This document shows, piece after piece, positions 28,074-40,395 of a DNA stretch of 64,000 nucleotides. Made by a program: the position numbers and the translations under genes. Under the pieces are notes generated by a model that was given only the letters and a program-made list of their open reading frames with translations, had not been told where the DNA came from and did not search any database. Numbering within the stretch: position 1 is the stretch's first letter; every line of letters begins with the position of its first letter. This DNA is from Flavobacteriales bacterium. Lineage in GTDB: Bacteria; Bacteroidota; Bacteroidia; Flavobacteriales_F; PHOS-HE28. The stretch covers positions 4,216-68,215 of the forward strand of contig JBKJPT010000164.1 of assembly GCA_046595075.1 (NCBI GenBank). The letters are read 5' to 3'.

Positions 28074-28475
28074 TTGGGGTGCCGGGCATTGGCATACATT
28101 GCAAACTACTGCACAGTGCAACCGGTGACACTGGTCCGATACATACTGCCCGCTGTGGCACTATCCATAGCGCCGAGCGCGATGGCCCAATTGGCGAAAT
28201 GGCTCCTGCGCAGTGGCGCTGGCGAGGTGCGGACCTTGGACTTTCCCAATGGTGATCCAGTGCGCGGCGGCTTGATCCCTTCTTTCGGCCTTGGCGGCAA
28301 CGAGGACGTGAACCTGATGACCGATGCCGAGGGCAACCCGCTCATTCACACGGCCGTGGGTGAGAACAACATGGTGCAGGTGTGTACAGCGAATTTCAGC
28401 TTAATGCCCAATGGCAACGGACTGATCGATCATGCGAGCCGCCGGAGCCACGGCTACGTGGTACTGTTGCCTTGA
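28074..28475 (+). CDS. hypothetical small secreted protein
   Basis: Signal-peptide-like ILPAVALSIAPSAMAQ followed by a Gly/Asn-rich sequence of about 95 aa. No recognisable family. Start codon uncertain. Confidence 0.3.
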   Translation: MGCRALAYIANYCTVQPVTLVRYILPAVALSIAPSAMAQLAKWLLRSGAGEVRTLDFPNGDPVRGGLIPSFGLGGNEDVNLMTDAEGNPLIHTAVGENNMVQVCTANFSLMPNGNGLIDHASRRSHGYVVLLP

Positions 28476-28506
28476 ATAGCGCAACAGCCAGAACACGTCA
28501 CTAATA

Positions 28507-29076
28507 ATGAAGATCTACACACGCACCGGCGACAAAGGCGAGACCGGATTGCTCGGTGGCACGCGCGTGCCCAAGGACCACGCAAGGCTGGAGGCATACG
28601 GCACCGTGGATGAACTGAACAGCCACGTAGGCATGCTGCGCGATCTGGCGGCACCGCACCACGGCGACCTGCTCGTCTCCATCCAGAACACGCTCTTCAC
28701 GATCGGTTCACGCTTGGCCAGCAACAGCGCCGAAGAAGCGATCAGGTTCAAGGTGCCCGTGATCGGCGACATGGACATCACCGCATTGGAGCACGCCATG
28801 GACGCCATGGATGAAGACCTCGCTCCCATGCGCAATTTCATCTTGCCCGGTGGTCACGTGGCGGTTTCGCAAGCACACATCTGCCGCACGGTATGCCGCC
28901 GCGCCGAGCGCCGCACAGTGCATCTCGCGCACGCGACGGACATCGACCCTGTACTCATTCGTTACCTCAACCGCCTATCGGATCTGTTCTTCACCCTGGC
29001 CCGCCACTTGGGTCATTTGAACGGAGCCGTGGATCGTCCGTGGAACCCGTCCGGCGGAACTGCCCGTCACGCTTAG
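28507..29076 (+). CDS. ATP:cob(I)alamin adenosyltransferase, PduO type
   Basis: MKIYTRTGDKGETGLLGG... is the canonical PduO/MMAB N-terminus. 189 aa. Confidence 0.85.
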   Translation: MKIYTRTGDKGETGLLGGTRVPKDHARLEAYGTVDELNSHVGMLRDLAAPHHGDLLVSIQNTLFTIGSRLASNSAEEAIRFKVPVIGDMDITALEHAMDAMDEDLAPMRNFILPGGHVAVSQAHICRTVCRRAERRTVHLAHATDIDPVLIRYLNRLSDLFFTLARHLGHLNGAVDRPWNPSGGTARHA

Positions 29077-29187
29077 AAATTCCAGGGCTCCAGCCGCTTT
29101 GCCGAACGGTTGAAAAGTCGCCGTCCGTCGGATCCCCATCCGTCTATATTTGCCGCCAATTTCACAGACCTTAGAACCGGCGCATCG

Positions 29188-29409
29188 ATGTATTGGACAC
29201 TAGAACTCGCCTCGTACTTGGAGGACGCACCCTGGCCGGCCACCAAGGAGGAGCTGATCGATTTCGCCATGCGCACCGGCGCTCCGCTGGAAGTGGTGGA
29301 GAACCTGCAAGCCATAGAGGATGAAGAGGAGGTCTTCGAGACGATCGAAGAGATCTGGCCCGATTACCCTTCGAAAGAGGACTTCTTCTTCAACGAGGAC
29401 GAATACTGA
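29188..29409 (+). CDS. DUF2795-family small protein
   Basis: MYWTLELASYLEDAPWPATKEELIDFAMRTGAP... matches the DUF2795 pattern. About 73 aa, with an acidic C-terminus. Confidence 0.55.
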   Translation: MYWTLELASYLEDAPWPATKEELIDFAMRTGAPLEVVENLQAIEDEEEVFETIEEIWPDYPSKEDFFFNEDEY

Positions 29410-29429
29410 CCCACTTACCGACGATCACC

Positions 29430-29460
29430 GAAGCCCCGCCAACGCGGGGCTTCTTCGTTC
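29430..29460 (+). terminator. Rho-independent terminator
   Basis: gaagccccgc caac gcggggcttc hairpin followed by ttcgttc. Confidence 0.55.
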
Positions 29461-29578
29461 CGTGTGACGCATTGGCAGAACGCCCCTTCTGGCAAGGTCC
29501 GTGCTCGACGTGGCCCGCTACCTTTGGCACCCTTTCGCGCATGGCACATTACAAGGCCGCGCAACAACACCGCACGAG

Positions 29579-32956
<3,378 letters not shown>

Positions 32957-33031
32957 TCGGCCTAGGCCAAAGCAGGGCTTGGTAGGCGAATGAAAAACGC
33001 AAAATGAAAAATGTAGAATGCTCAACGCAGC

Positions 33032-33259
33032 TCACTCCACCACCAACTTCACACCGCTGATCCAGCGGGTGTTGTCGCTGAGGTGTACATGGTAGAGGCC
33101 GGGCGAGAAAGCTGAAAGTGGAAAGCTGAATGTTGTTCCTTCGCTTTGCTCGGAATGACCAACGCCTTGCGGCACTTTCTGTCGCTGCACCACACGACCG
33201 TCAGCGCTTACCAGAGACAACTCAAGATCCTTGGCGCTCACGCTCGGTGGCGGGGTCAA
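33032..33259 (-). pseudogene. orphan T9SS C-terminal sorting domain fragment (75-aa ORF), paralogous to the C-terminus of the 34105..35655 gene
   Basis: MTPPPSVSAKDLELSLVSADGRVVQRQKV...GLYHVHLSDNTRWISGVKLVVE. Compare the neighbour's C-terminus PPSVSGALELSIVAADGRIVQREQL...GLYYAHVTQRGKWLTGGKLVVE. There is no signal peptide or passenger domain. Confidence 0.45.
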
Positions 33260-33368
33260 TTGAAGTGTTGCGTTGCTGTTTACTGGGTTGGGGTAAATGC
33301 TGATCGCCTACATAACATGGGGCCGCCCCCTGTAGACCAGATCATCGATGCACCAATTCATCCACCCC

Positions 33369-33971
33369 TCATGCGGTCGCTTCCGGAATTAATGCGGAAT
33401 CGCGGACCATTCGATACAGCACGTAAACGAGTGCTGCGCAGGTGACGACAATGCCGAGTTGGTTGTGGTAGGCCGGATGATCCGGTTTGATCTTCGAATG
33501 GAAGGTCTTCATGATGAAGTAGCTCACGTTGAAGAGGTGGATCAGCAAGAGCACATTCCACAATGGCCTGGAACGCTTGATGAACCACACTGCGATCGGT
33601 ACCGACAGCAAACAGGCGAACGTTACGGCGCCATGCAGGTTCTCAGCCGCGCTAAAGACCAAGTGGTGATGGTCGAAATTCCACAGTACGAACGCCAAGT
33701 GAACAACATGGTTCACCGCGAACACGGTTATCAAAACGCGCAGGGCATCCCTTTTTGCTTCATCGCCGTAGATCTTCACGAAACCATTGTAGCCGATCAA
33801 GAGCAGCGTGCCCAGGTTGATGAGCGATGAAACCCTACATGAGTTACGCGCACACTTATCGCATACGAATTCTGGTTCGGTGGTTCCGAGCGCCCAGAGG
33901 TAGATAACCAGTTCCAAGCCCAACACCAGGATGATCAATGTGGGCAACGTACTTCTGGACGGCATGGCCAT
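33369..33971 (-). CDS. hypothetical polytopic membrane protein, possibly a DsbB-like thiol-disulfide oxidoreductase
   Basis: About 200 aa from MAMPSRSTLPTLIILVLGLELVIYLWALG. About 5 TM segments. A C-x2-C-x4-C motif (VCDKCARNSC) lies immediately after TM1, as in the DsbB first periplasmic loop. The track ORF (to 34262) is N-terminally over-extended. Confidence 0.3.
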   Translation of the reverse strand: MAMPSRSTLPTLIILVLGLELVIYLWALGTTEPEFVCDKCARNSCRVSSLINLGTLLLIGYNGFVKIYGDEAKRDALRVLITVFAVNHVVHLAFVLWNFDHHHLVFSAAENLHGAVTFACLLSVPIAVWFIKRSRPLWNVLLLIHLFNVSYFIMKTFHSKIKPDHPAYHNQLGIVVTCAALVYVLYRMVRDSALIPEATA

Positions 33972-34104
33972 GGATCTTGGATCCGCCCCATCCAACGAGG
34001 CGCATCTGGCATTATTGCCTGAATAGTTGGGCAGGGTCCTGACGTGCCATCGAGTGCTCGCCGCTAATGGACCACAGGGCTCCATCCAAGCCGGGTTCAC
34101 CGCC

Positions 34105-35655
34105 TCACTCCACCACGAGTTTACCTCCCGTGAGCCACTTGCCGCGTTGGGTAACATGCGCGTAGTACAGCCCAGAACCCAAGTGAGAGAGTGAAAGGGT
34201 GAAAGTGTTGCTACCGCCTGCAAGCTGCTCTCGTTGTACAATGCGGCCATCCGCTGCAACAATGCTCAACTCCAATGCACCGCTCACACTTGGCGGTAGC
34301 GACAACTGAATGGTAGCACTGCCATGCGCCGGGTTGGGATAGATGCTGAACGCATCCAACAAGTTGGTGGCTTGCTCGATTATGCCCACGTTGTTGCAGC
34401 CGGGCACTATGCACCCGTTACCATCCACCTTAACCACCCAGGTGTCTTGGCTAATGCCTTGCGGGTTGTTGCCGCTTGCGCTGAAGTAAGTGGCGCCTGC
34501 GGCAATGAAGCCGCCATCGGCCGTGGGCAACACATCATAAAAGCGGCCGGTGCCATCGGTGAGTGAATCGTGCTGACTGTAGTACGCGAACATCCACAGG
34601 CTATCGCCCTCGCTGGTGGTGCGGCAGAGCAGACCCTTTTGCCCGCTGCCCATGTTCATATTGGCATATGTTGCTCCAGCCGCGATCAAATCTCCATTGG
34701 AGCATTCCTTCCCAGCAAGAAATAGCGTTGATGGCGCCGTTGGGCCGTACTCGCGGTCCCAAATGATGCCTCCATCTGTGCTGTCGAGCTTGGCGATGTA
34801 GCAGCGCATCGCCGAGCTGTTGGTGGCATAACCCCTGGCGCTGAATACTAGGACATGCCCACTTGCACCGGTAATGATCTGCGTGCCTGCCTCGGAGAAT
34901 GGACCGCCCCATCTGACACGCCACTTCATGTTGCCCAAGCTGTCGGTGCGTTGCACCCAATGGTCCGTATTGCCTATGGTGATGTTATGTGAGCCTGCCA
35001 TGAAGAGGTCGCCTAAATCGCCAAGGGAACAACTGAGGAAGCCTGAAAATGGATTGCCTGGCCATGAATAGGTTCTGCGCCAAAGCTCTGTCCCGTTCTC
35101 GTCTGTACGTATGGCGAATGCCTGATAGGAGCTCAGTCCTTCCGGACCAGTGAAGCCCATGATGACAAACCCACCATCAAGTGTCCGTTTCACTTGATAG
35201 CCGATCCAAAAGTCGCTCCCATTGGGATCACCGAACACCTTGGTCCATAGCGTATCGCCATTGGCATCGAAACGCATGAGGTACACCTCGTCGAAGCCGG
35301 TGGTGTCCTCGCTGGCGCCACCCACCACGTAGCCACCGCCGGGGATCGTGTCGCAGCAGTTGCTCCAGCCGGGGAGTGAACTGTGATAGGGGCGCCAAGA
35401 GCGCTTTTCCCAGAGCTTGACCCCATTGCCGTCTATACGAGTCAGCAATACCGAGGCATGAAAGAAGTATTCACCGGGGGCAATGCTATCATAGTCGCTA
35501 CTCCCTGATGCCACCAGATATCCATCGGTAAACGGTTCAACACCGAACGCTGTTTGCGCGAATCCCCAATTGAACGCATCATACCGTTTGTTGAAACCCT
35601 GAGCTATGCTCAGGGTTTCAACAAATAGTAGCAATATGCCCAACAGGATCCGCAT
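34105..35655 (-). CDS. secreted repeat protein (about 7 repeats of a roughly 50-aa beta-propeller-like unit) with a T9SS C-terminal sorting domain
   Basis: Signal peptide MRILLGILLLFVETLSIAQ. Repeating units of the form DGGF(V/I)..G.......D..L.K.D..G...W...YG. C-terminal CTD ...FSIYPNPAHGSATIQLSLP...GLYYAHVTQRGKWLTGGKLVVE. Confidence 0.7.
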   Translation of the reverse strand: MRILLGILLLFVETLSIAQGFNKRYDAFNWGFAQTAFGVEPFTDGYLVASGSSDYDSIAPGEYFFHASVLLTRIDGNGVKLWEKRSWRPYHSSLPGWSNCCDTIPGGGYVVGGASEDTTGFDEVYLMRFDANGDTLWTKVFGDPNGSDFWIGYQVKRTLDGGFVIMGFTGPEGLSSYQAFAIRTDENGTELWRRTYSWPGNPFSGFLSCSLGDLGDLFMAGSHNITIGNTDHWVQRTDSLGNMKWRVRWGGPFSEAGTQIITGASGHVLVFSARGYATNSSAMRCYIAKLDSTDGGIIWDREYGPTAPSTLFLAGKECSNGDLIAAGATYANMNMGSGQKGLLCRTTSEGDSLWMFAYYSQHDSLTDGTGRFYDVLPTADGGFIAAGATYFSASGNNPQGISQDTWVVKVDGNGCIVPGCNNVGIIEQATNLLDAFSIYPNPAHGSATIQLSLPPSVSGALELSIVAADGRIVQREQLAGGSNTFTLSLSHLGSGLYYAHVTQRGKWLTGGKLVVE

Positions 35656-35661
35656 GGTCGC

Positions 35662-38600
35662 TTATTGCACCACCAATCGAGTTTGGTGACTGGGTTGTTC
35701 CGGCCGCACCACTTCAATGATGTAGACCCCAGCGCTTACACCTTCTAGCGGGAGCGTCGCAATGCCCTGCGCACCACTGATTATCTGGGTGCTCAATTGG
35801 CGACCATTCACATCCAGCAGTCGCAATTGAGCCGATGAACTGCTCGCACCGAAATCGAAGACCACATAGGCGACGTTGATCGCTGGGTTGGGGAAAACCT
35901 CTAGCACATCTTCCTCCGCCCACTGCACCGCTTGCACCGTGCGATTTCGGCCTGCGCTCTTCGGGCCGGTTTCTGGCAGTATGATCACTTCTTCGGGCAG
36001 GTCTTCACCCAAGGCGTGCAACCATGCGTTCGCCCAGGTGCTGCCAACTACATCACGTTGTTGGCCAAGTCCACTTAGCCACGTGCGCAGGTTTGCATCG
36101 GCTTCGCTCCAACCTTGCTGCTGTTCTAGTTGTGCAAAGTGCTTCAGCACGGCATAGCGTTCGGTTGCATCGCCAGCTATCTCTTCGGCCAAGGCCAAGG
36201 TTTCCAGTGCGCTGTAGTCCGCTTGCGCAGCCAGCACACCACCTATGGCCAGTGCATGATTGTTGGCGGGCAACGCTTCGTGGAAAAGCCGCAGGCTATC
36301 CAAAGATCCGCCCAGATCCAAGCTATCGAGCCAACTCATTCGGCCCAGATCGGACAAGGCTTCAGCCTTGTTGCCACCGTGCCGGGCAACAGCACTGGCC
36401 AGTTGGGTGAGGATGTTCACGTCACCAGTCTGCGCGGCAAGAACCATGGCCGCATAGCTGCTGGGCAATGCGTACTCGTCCACCATACGCAACACATCGC
36501 TCTGCAATGGGCTGTTGCTCAGCAGGCCTTGGGTGATGTGCCAAGCGCTCATGGCGGGCGTGCGTTCGAACGCCGCCTGCCACACTTCGGCGCTCACCTT
36601 GGGTGCCACGCTTTGCAGGGCGTTGCGCACTTGGGCGCTGCTCTTGGTGGGGTCGCTTACATAGCCCAGCAAGCTGTAGGTATCGCCATTGTCCTTGTTG
36701 GCATCGTAGGCATCCTTGCTCGCTTCGTATTCGCCGTGCTCGCCTTCGGCCAACAGGCGTTTCTCCTCCTTGGTGTCGCCTTCGTGCAATTCGCTGGGAC
36801 AGGCGATCTCCTTTGCGGGCCAGAACACGGATTGGTCCGTGGTGCCGATCTCGTTCGGAACGTCCGAGTAACTAGGCTTGGTCCGATTTCCTGGTGAAGG
36901 GGTGTGATGGAAATACTCCACGATCGTAGCGGTCACCTGCACATGCCAATCCTCCTCGGGGTCGCCGCTACCGGTGTGGTCCACGCTGAAGCGGTTGCCA
37001 GCGGGATTCTTCCATTGTGTTTGATCGAACTGATCAGTGATCGGCTGCCCTTGCATTTTCTGCACGCGCACAACGCCGCCAGTAAGTGCCACATCAAAGG
37101 TGTTCTGGTCCACCAGGCCGTAGTCGTTGCACTTCACTTCCAGGCCGGTCTCATCGTTGGCATCGGCATTCACGCCTTGTAAAATGCTGCCGGTATAGAG
37201 GTTCTCGAAGCTGTTGTTGTAGAAGGTGTTGTAGTCGCTGCCGCTGTCCTTAATGATGAGGCCCACCTTACGCGGGGCGCCTGGCTGGCTGGTGTAGAAG
37301 CTGTTCTCTTGGATGCGGTAGCCGGTGCATTCATCGCTATACACGCCGTACGTGACCCCCACAATGCCGGAGGTGAGTGGCGTGGGCACGTTGAATTCGC
37401 AACGCGTGATGCTGGCGTCCTGCACGCCTTCCATGCGGATGGCGTAGTTGGTACCGGTGAAGGTGGTGTTGTCCACGCTAAAGGTCTTGCTAGGATCGAA
37501 GGTAACGGCCTGTATGCCGCGGTGCAGGTTGAAGAAGCTGCTATGCGTGAGGTCCTGTGAGGGGCAGGGCACACCGGGGTCTGGCCAGCTGCCGCAATGG
37601 TCGGCCACCACGAAGGTGCTATTGATGCTCTCGATGCCCTGGCCTTGGTCACTGGGCAGCACATCGGGCTGGGAGCCGAACATATCGTTGCCCCATGTGC
37701 AGCCTTGGAAGGCGATGCGCCGCACACCGCTCATGAACACATGCTCGCGGGGGATATCACCTGCCTTGGGCATGTCGCCTTGGGTAACAAAGCGGCAGAG
37801 GGTGAAGTAGCTGAGATTTGGCCACACTTCTTCGGGGAGTATCACGCCGTGGTTCTCGTAGGGGGAGAACGCCACATCCCACCGATTATTGATGAACTGG
37901 CAATCGTAGGCGGTAATGATGCCGCCGCTGCGTGCGCCGGGTTGCGGCGCCAAGGGCGGAGTGAAGAACTCGTTGGCGGCCACGGCGCCCATACGCGCGT
38001 TGCTGATGGTGCTGTACTTCATCTCCAGAACGCCTTGCTGCACTCCACCGGGTTGCCAAAGCTGTGAGGCGAACTCATCGCCCTGCACCAGAATGCCGTC
38101 CCAGAGGCTGTTGGGGCAACTGGTGATGGAGGTGAGCGTGGAACTCTGCACGATGAGCTTGCCACCGTTCTCTACAACGATGCGCGTAGGCCATGCCACT
38201 TGCTCACTGTCAGCAAAGCGGATGGTGCAGTCGCTTATGGTGAGGGTTAGGCCATCGGGGATGATGATGGTGCCGACGATGTTCTTATCGGCGTCCCAGA
38301 TCTCGTCGCTCGCCAGGGTATAGGAATGGTCCACGGAACCGGCCACGGCCTCGAGGACAACGAAGTCGTACTCGACACTGCTTTGGCAGTCGTTCAACTT
38401 CACCAAGTAATAATCATCGAAGTTGTGGCTGGTGTTACCGCTAAGGACCAATCCACCGCCGGGTGCTTCTGTGATCTTGTACACGCACTCTTGGTTGCGC
38501 AAGTCGCCGGGGCTGCACTCGAAAGTGCTCGTGGGGTCGGCGTCCCAAGAGGTTTCCCAGATTACCGTTCCATCAACGGGGTTCAATTTGGCCACGTAGG

Positions 38601-40206
38601 CGTCGGTGTTCCAATAGTTGTAGTTAAAGCTGAATGCCCAGTCATGCGTGGCGCCATCAGGCGCTTCCCCGAAATCATTCACCAAGCAATCAAAGGTTTC
38701 TGTCGGTAGCTGCCAGCCTTGCAGAATCTGCTCGGCCCCCCATTTGGAGCTGACCACTGCGACTTTACCATCGGCGGTTGCCTGCATGTCGGCTTGCAGG
38801 TCATAGGCACGGACAGCCTCCAGATCGGTCGTCCACGTCAACGTGCCATCTGGCTGGAAACCATGTACTAGCAATGTAGCCTCCTTGGGTCCACTATAGG
38901 TATTGCCGAAACTGAAATTTGCCAGCACGGGGATAACTACCGTCGTTTCATCCGCCAAGGGGACGAAACCCCCGCCTGTCGCGTAGCTCGTTAGACTCGG
39001 GTCGTGCCCACCAAGGAGATCAAGTGGGCCGCCCACTCTACCGGCGTCCACGTACCATGATGGCAGTAAATCGCCCGTTCCCGCTTCAACGACCATTGCG
39101 AGCGCGTGCGCCGTGCCACTCGCCCTGTACCATCCAGAGATCAAAACCAATTCGGACGAAGGGTCCTTTTCTATTGACATGAACACACCCTCATCCATAT
39201 CGGGCCATTCTGCGGGCAAGGCAGGAAATGCAGCACTCGAGTAAGTCGCATAACCGAGGCGCACACCGTTGACATCCAACCGTGCTACGTAGGGTAGGTT
39301 GTCTCCTGGGGTGGACCGACCCACCACCCAATACTCCACTCCGTTCACGCCATTGACTTCCACTACGTCATGCATCTCGCCCCCGGCCAAAAGTCCTGCG
39401 GTCGTGCTTGTCGCGCTGTTCAGCATCGTACACCACAACACGTCGCCAGTCTCGGAGAGTTTGGCCACGTACCCCATGCTCGACATGATCTCGTCGGTGA
39501 AAACGGAGCACTCGAGCAGGTTGATGTCAGTCACAAGGTCGTCGTTCATGCGTATCGTAAGTTCATCGCCCATTTCGGAATCGCTGGGCCAGCGTGATGT
39601 ATATGCAACGCCTGCGCATAGGAAACCACCATCACTCGTCTGGATGGCATTCCAGATCTGGCCGGGGAACAAATGCCGGTACCATACCTCTTCGCCATCG
39701 GGGTCCACTTGTGCGACAAGGCCTCGCGTATGACCCTTGCGGTAATCCACCTTCTCGAACTCTTCGATATTTGGTCGCCAGTCGCCGTTGTTATTCAATG
39801 GTTCGCCAATGAGGGGGTTTGGGCGCGAGCAGTATTCAGGCCCCGCCCACCAGCAATTCGGCCAACTCGAATAGCCCGCAGTGATGAATCCACCGAAGTT
39901 GCCGCCGATCATGATATTCTCATGGCCGTAGAACCAGTCCTCGCCGGATTCGGCCCGGCTTTGCGGGTCGCCATAGTGCTGAGCGCTCAGTGGCAACGGC
40001 TCGTTCCGGTATCGCTGTATGGTCGCATCGTAGTAGTGACTGTAATACTTTCCGCTCTCGCTTCTCTCGTCCTCGTGAGTGTACGGGCTTACCCACTCCA
40101 CCGCCCCTGCCGAAGGTGGAGGCTGTTGAGCTTGGCAATTCGATCCATACGTACAAAGCAAACTGACGCTCAACGCGGTCAGGTACAAGGGTCGGCGCTT
40201 CTTCAT
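35662..40206 (-). CDS. giant secreted T9SS cargo protein (about 1515 aa): propeller-like repeats, a parallel beta-helix region and a T9SS CTD
   Basis: Signal peptide MKKRRPLYLTALSVSLLCTYGSNCQAQ. Repeats resemble those of the neighbouring 516-aa protein (DGGFLCAGVAYTS..., GDVLWCTML, DGTVIWETSWD). A beta-helix-like region follows (NNRWDVAFSPYENHG..., NNSFENLYTGSILQG...). C-terminal CTD (VFPNPAINVAYVVFDF...GVYIIEVVRPEQPSHQTRLVVQ). The start is probably the M at 40206 (the track ORF begins at 40230). Confidence 0.7.
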   Translation of the reverse strand: MKKRRPLYLTALSVSLLCTYGSNCQAQQPPPSAGAVEWVSPYTHEDERSESGKYYSHYYDATIQRYRNEPLPLSAQHYGDPQSRAESGEDWFYGHENIMIGGNFGGFITAGYSSWPNCWWAGPEYCSRPNPLIGEPLNNNGDWRPNIEEFEKVDYRKGHTRGLVAQVDPDGEEVWYRHLFPGQIWNAIQTSDGGFLCAGVAYTSRWPSDSEMGDELTIRMNDDLVTDINLLECSVFTDEIMSSMGYVAKLSETGDVLWCTMLNSATSTTAGLLAGGEMHDVVEVNGVNGVEYWVVGRSTPGDNLPYVARLDVNGVRLGYATYSSAAFPALPAEWPDMDEGVFMSIEKDPSSELVLISGWYRASGTAHALAMVVEAGTGDLLPSWYVDAGRVGGPLDLLGGHDPSLTSYATGGGFVPLADETTVVIPVLANFSFGNTYSGPKEATLLVHGFQPDGTLTWTTDLEAVRAYDLQADMQATADGKVAVVSSKWGAEQILQGWQLPTETFDCLVNDFGEAPDGATHDWAFSFNYNYWNTDAYVAKLNPVDGTVIWETSWDADPTSTFECSPGDLRNQECVYKITEAPGGGLVLSGNTSHNFDDYYLVKLNDCQSSVEYDFVVLEAVAGSVDHSYTLASDEIWDADKNIVGTIIIPDGLTLTISDCTIRFADSEQVAWPTRIVVENGGKLIVQSSTLTSITSCPNSLWDGILVQGDEFASQLWQPGGVQQGVLEMKYSTISNARMGAVAANEFFTPPLAPQPGARSGGIITAYDCQFINNRWDVAFSPYENHGVILPEEVWPNLSYFTLCRFVTQGDMPKAGDIPREHVFMSGVRRIAFQGCTWGNDMFGSQPDVLPSDQGQGIESINSTFVVADHCGSWPDPGVPCPSQDLTHSSFFNLHRGIQAVTFDPSKTFSVDNTTFTGTNYAIRMEGVQDASITRCEFNVPTPLTSGIVGVTYGVYSDECTGYRIQENSFYTSQPGAPRKVGLIIKDSGSDYNTFYNNSFENLYTGSILQGVNADANDETGLEVKCNDYGLVDQNTFDVALTGGVVRVQKMQGQPITDQFDQTQWKNPAGNRFSVDHTGSGDPEEDWHVQVTATIVEYFHHTPSPGNRTKPSYSDVPNEIGTTDQSVFWPAKEIACPSELHEGDTKEEKRLLAEGEHGEYEASKDAYDANKDNGDTYSLLGYVSDPTKSSAQVRNALQSVAPKVSAEVWQAAFERTPAMSAWHITQGLLSNSPLQSDVLRMVDEYALPSSYAAMVLAAQTGDVNILTQLASAVARHGGNKAEALSDLGRMSWLDSLDLGGSLDSLRLFHEALPANNHALAIGGVLAAQADYSALETLALAEEIAGDATERYAVLKHFAQLEQQQGWSEADANLRTWLSGLGQQRDVVGSTWANAWLHALGEDLPEEVIILPETGPKSAGRNRTVQAVQWAEEDVLEVFPNPAINVAYVVFDFGASSSSAQLRLLDVNGRQLSTQIISGAQGIATLPLEGVSAGVYIIEVVRPEQPSHQTRLVVQ

Positions 40207-40395
40207 GGCTTTAGGATTTGATCGCGGCACAATTACCGCCCACCAAACCTGAGCACAAGGGTCCCCGTTCCTTACGCGCCGATCACTCTTTCGTTATGCG
40301 CCGCGCATGATCGATCGGATCGGCCGTTATCTTGGCCATTGACCAGATCGCTCCAACGTTCGGCAGATGCGCAACCCCCTACACCCCCGCATACC

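Noticed and set aside
33146-33445. 99-aa plus-strand ORF between the orphan CTD and the membrane-protein gene
   Set aside because: It overlaps both minus-strand features, the translation has no features, and it is probably non-coding.
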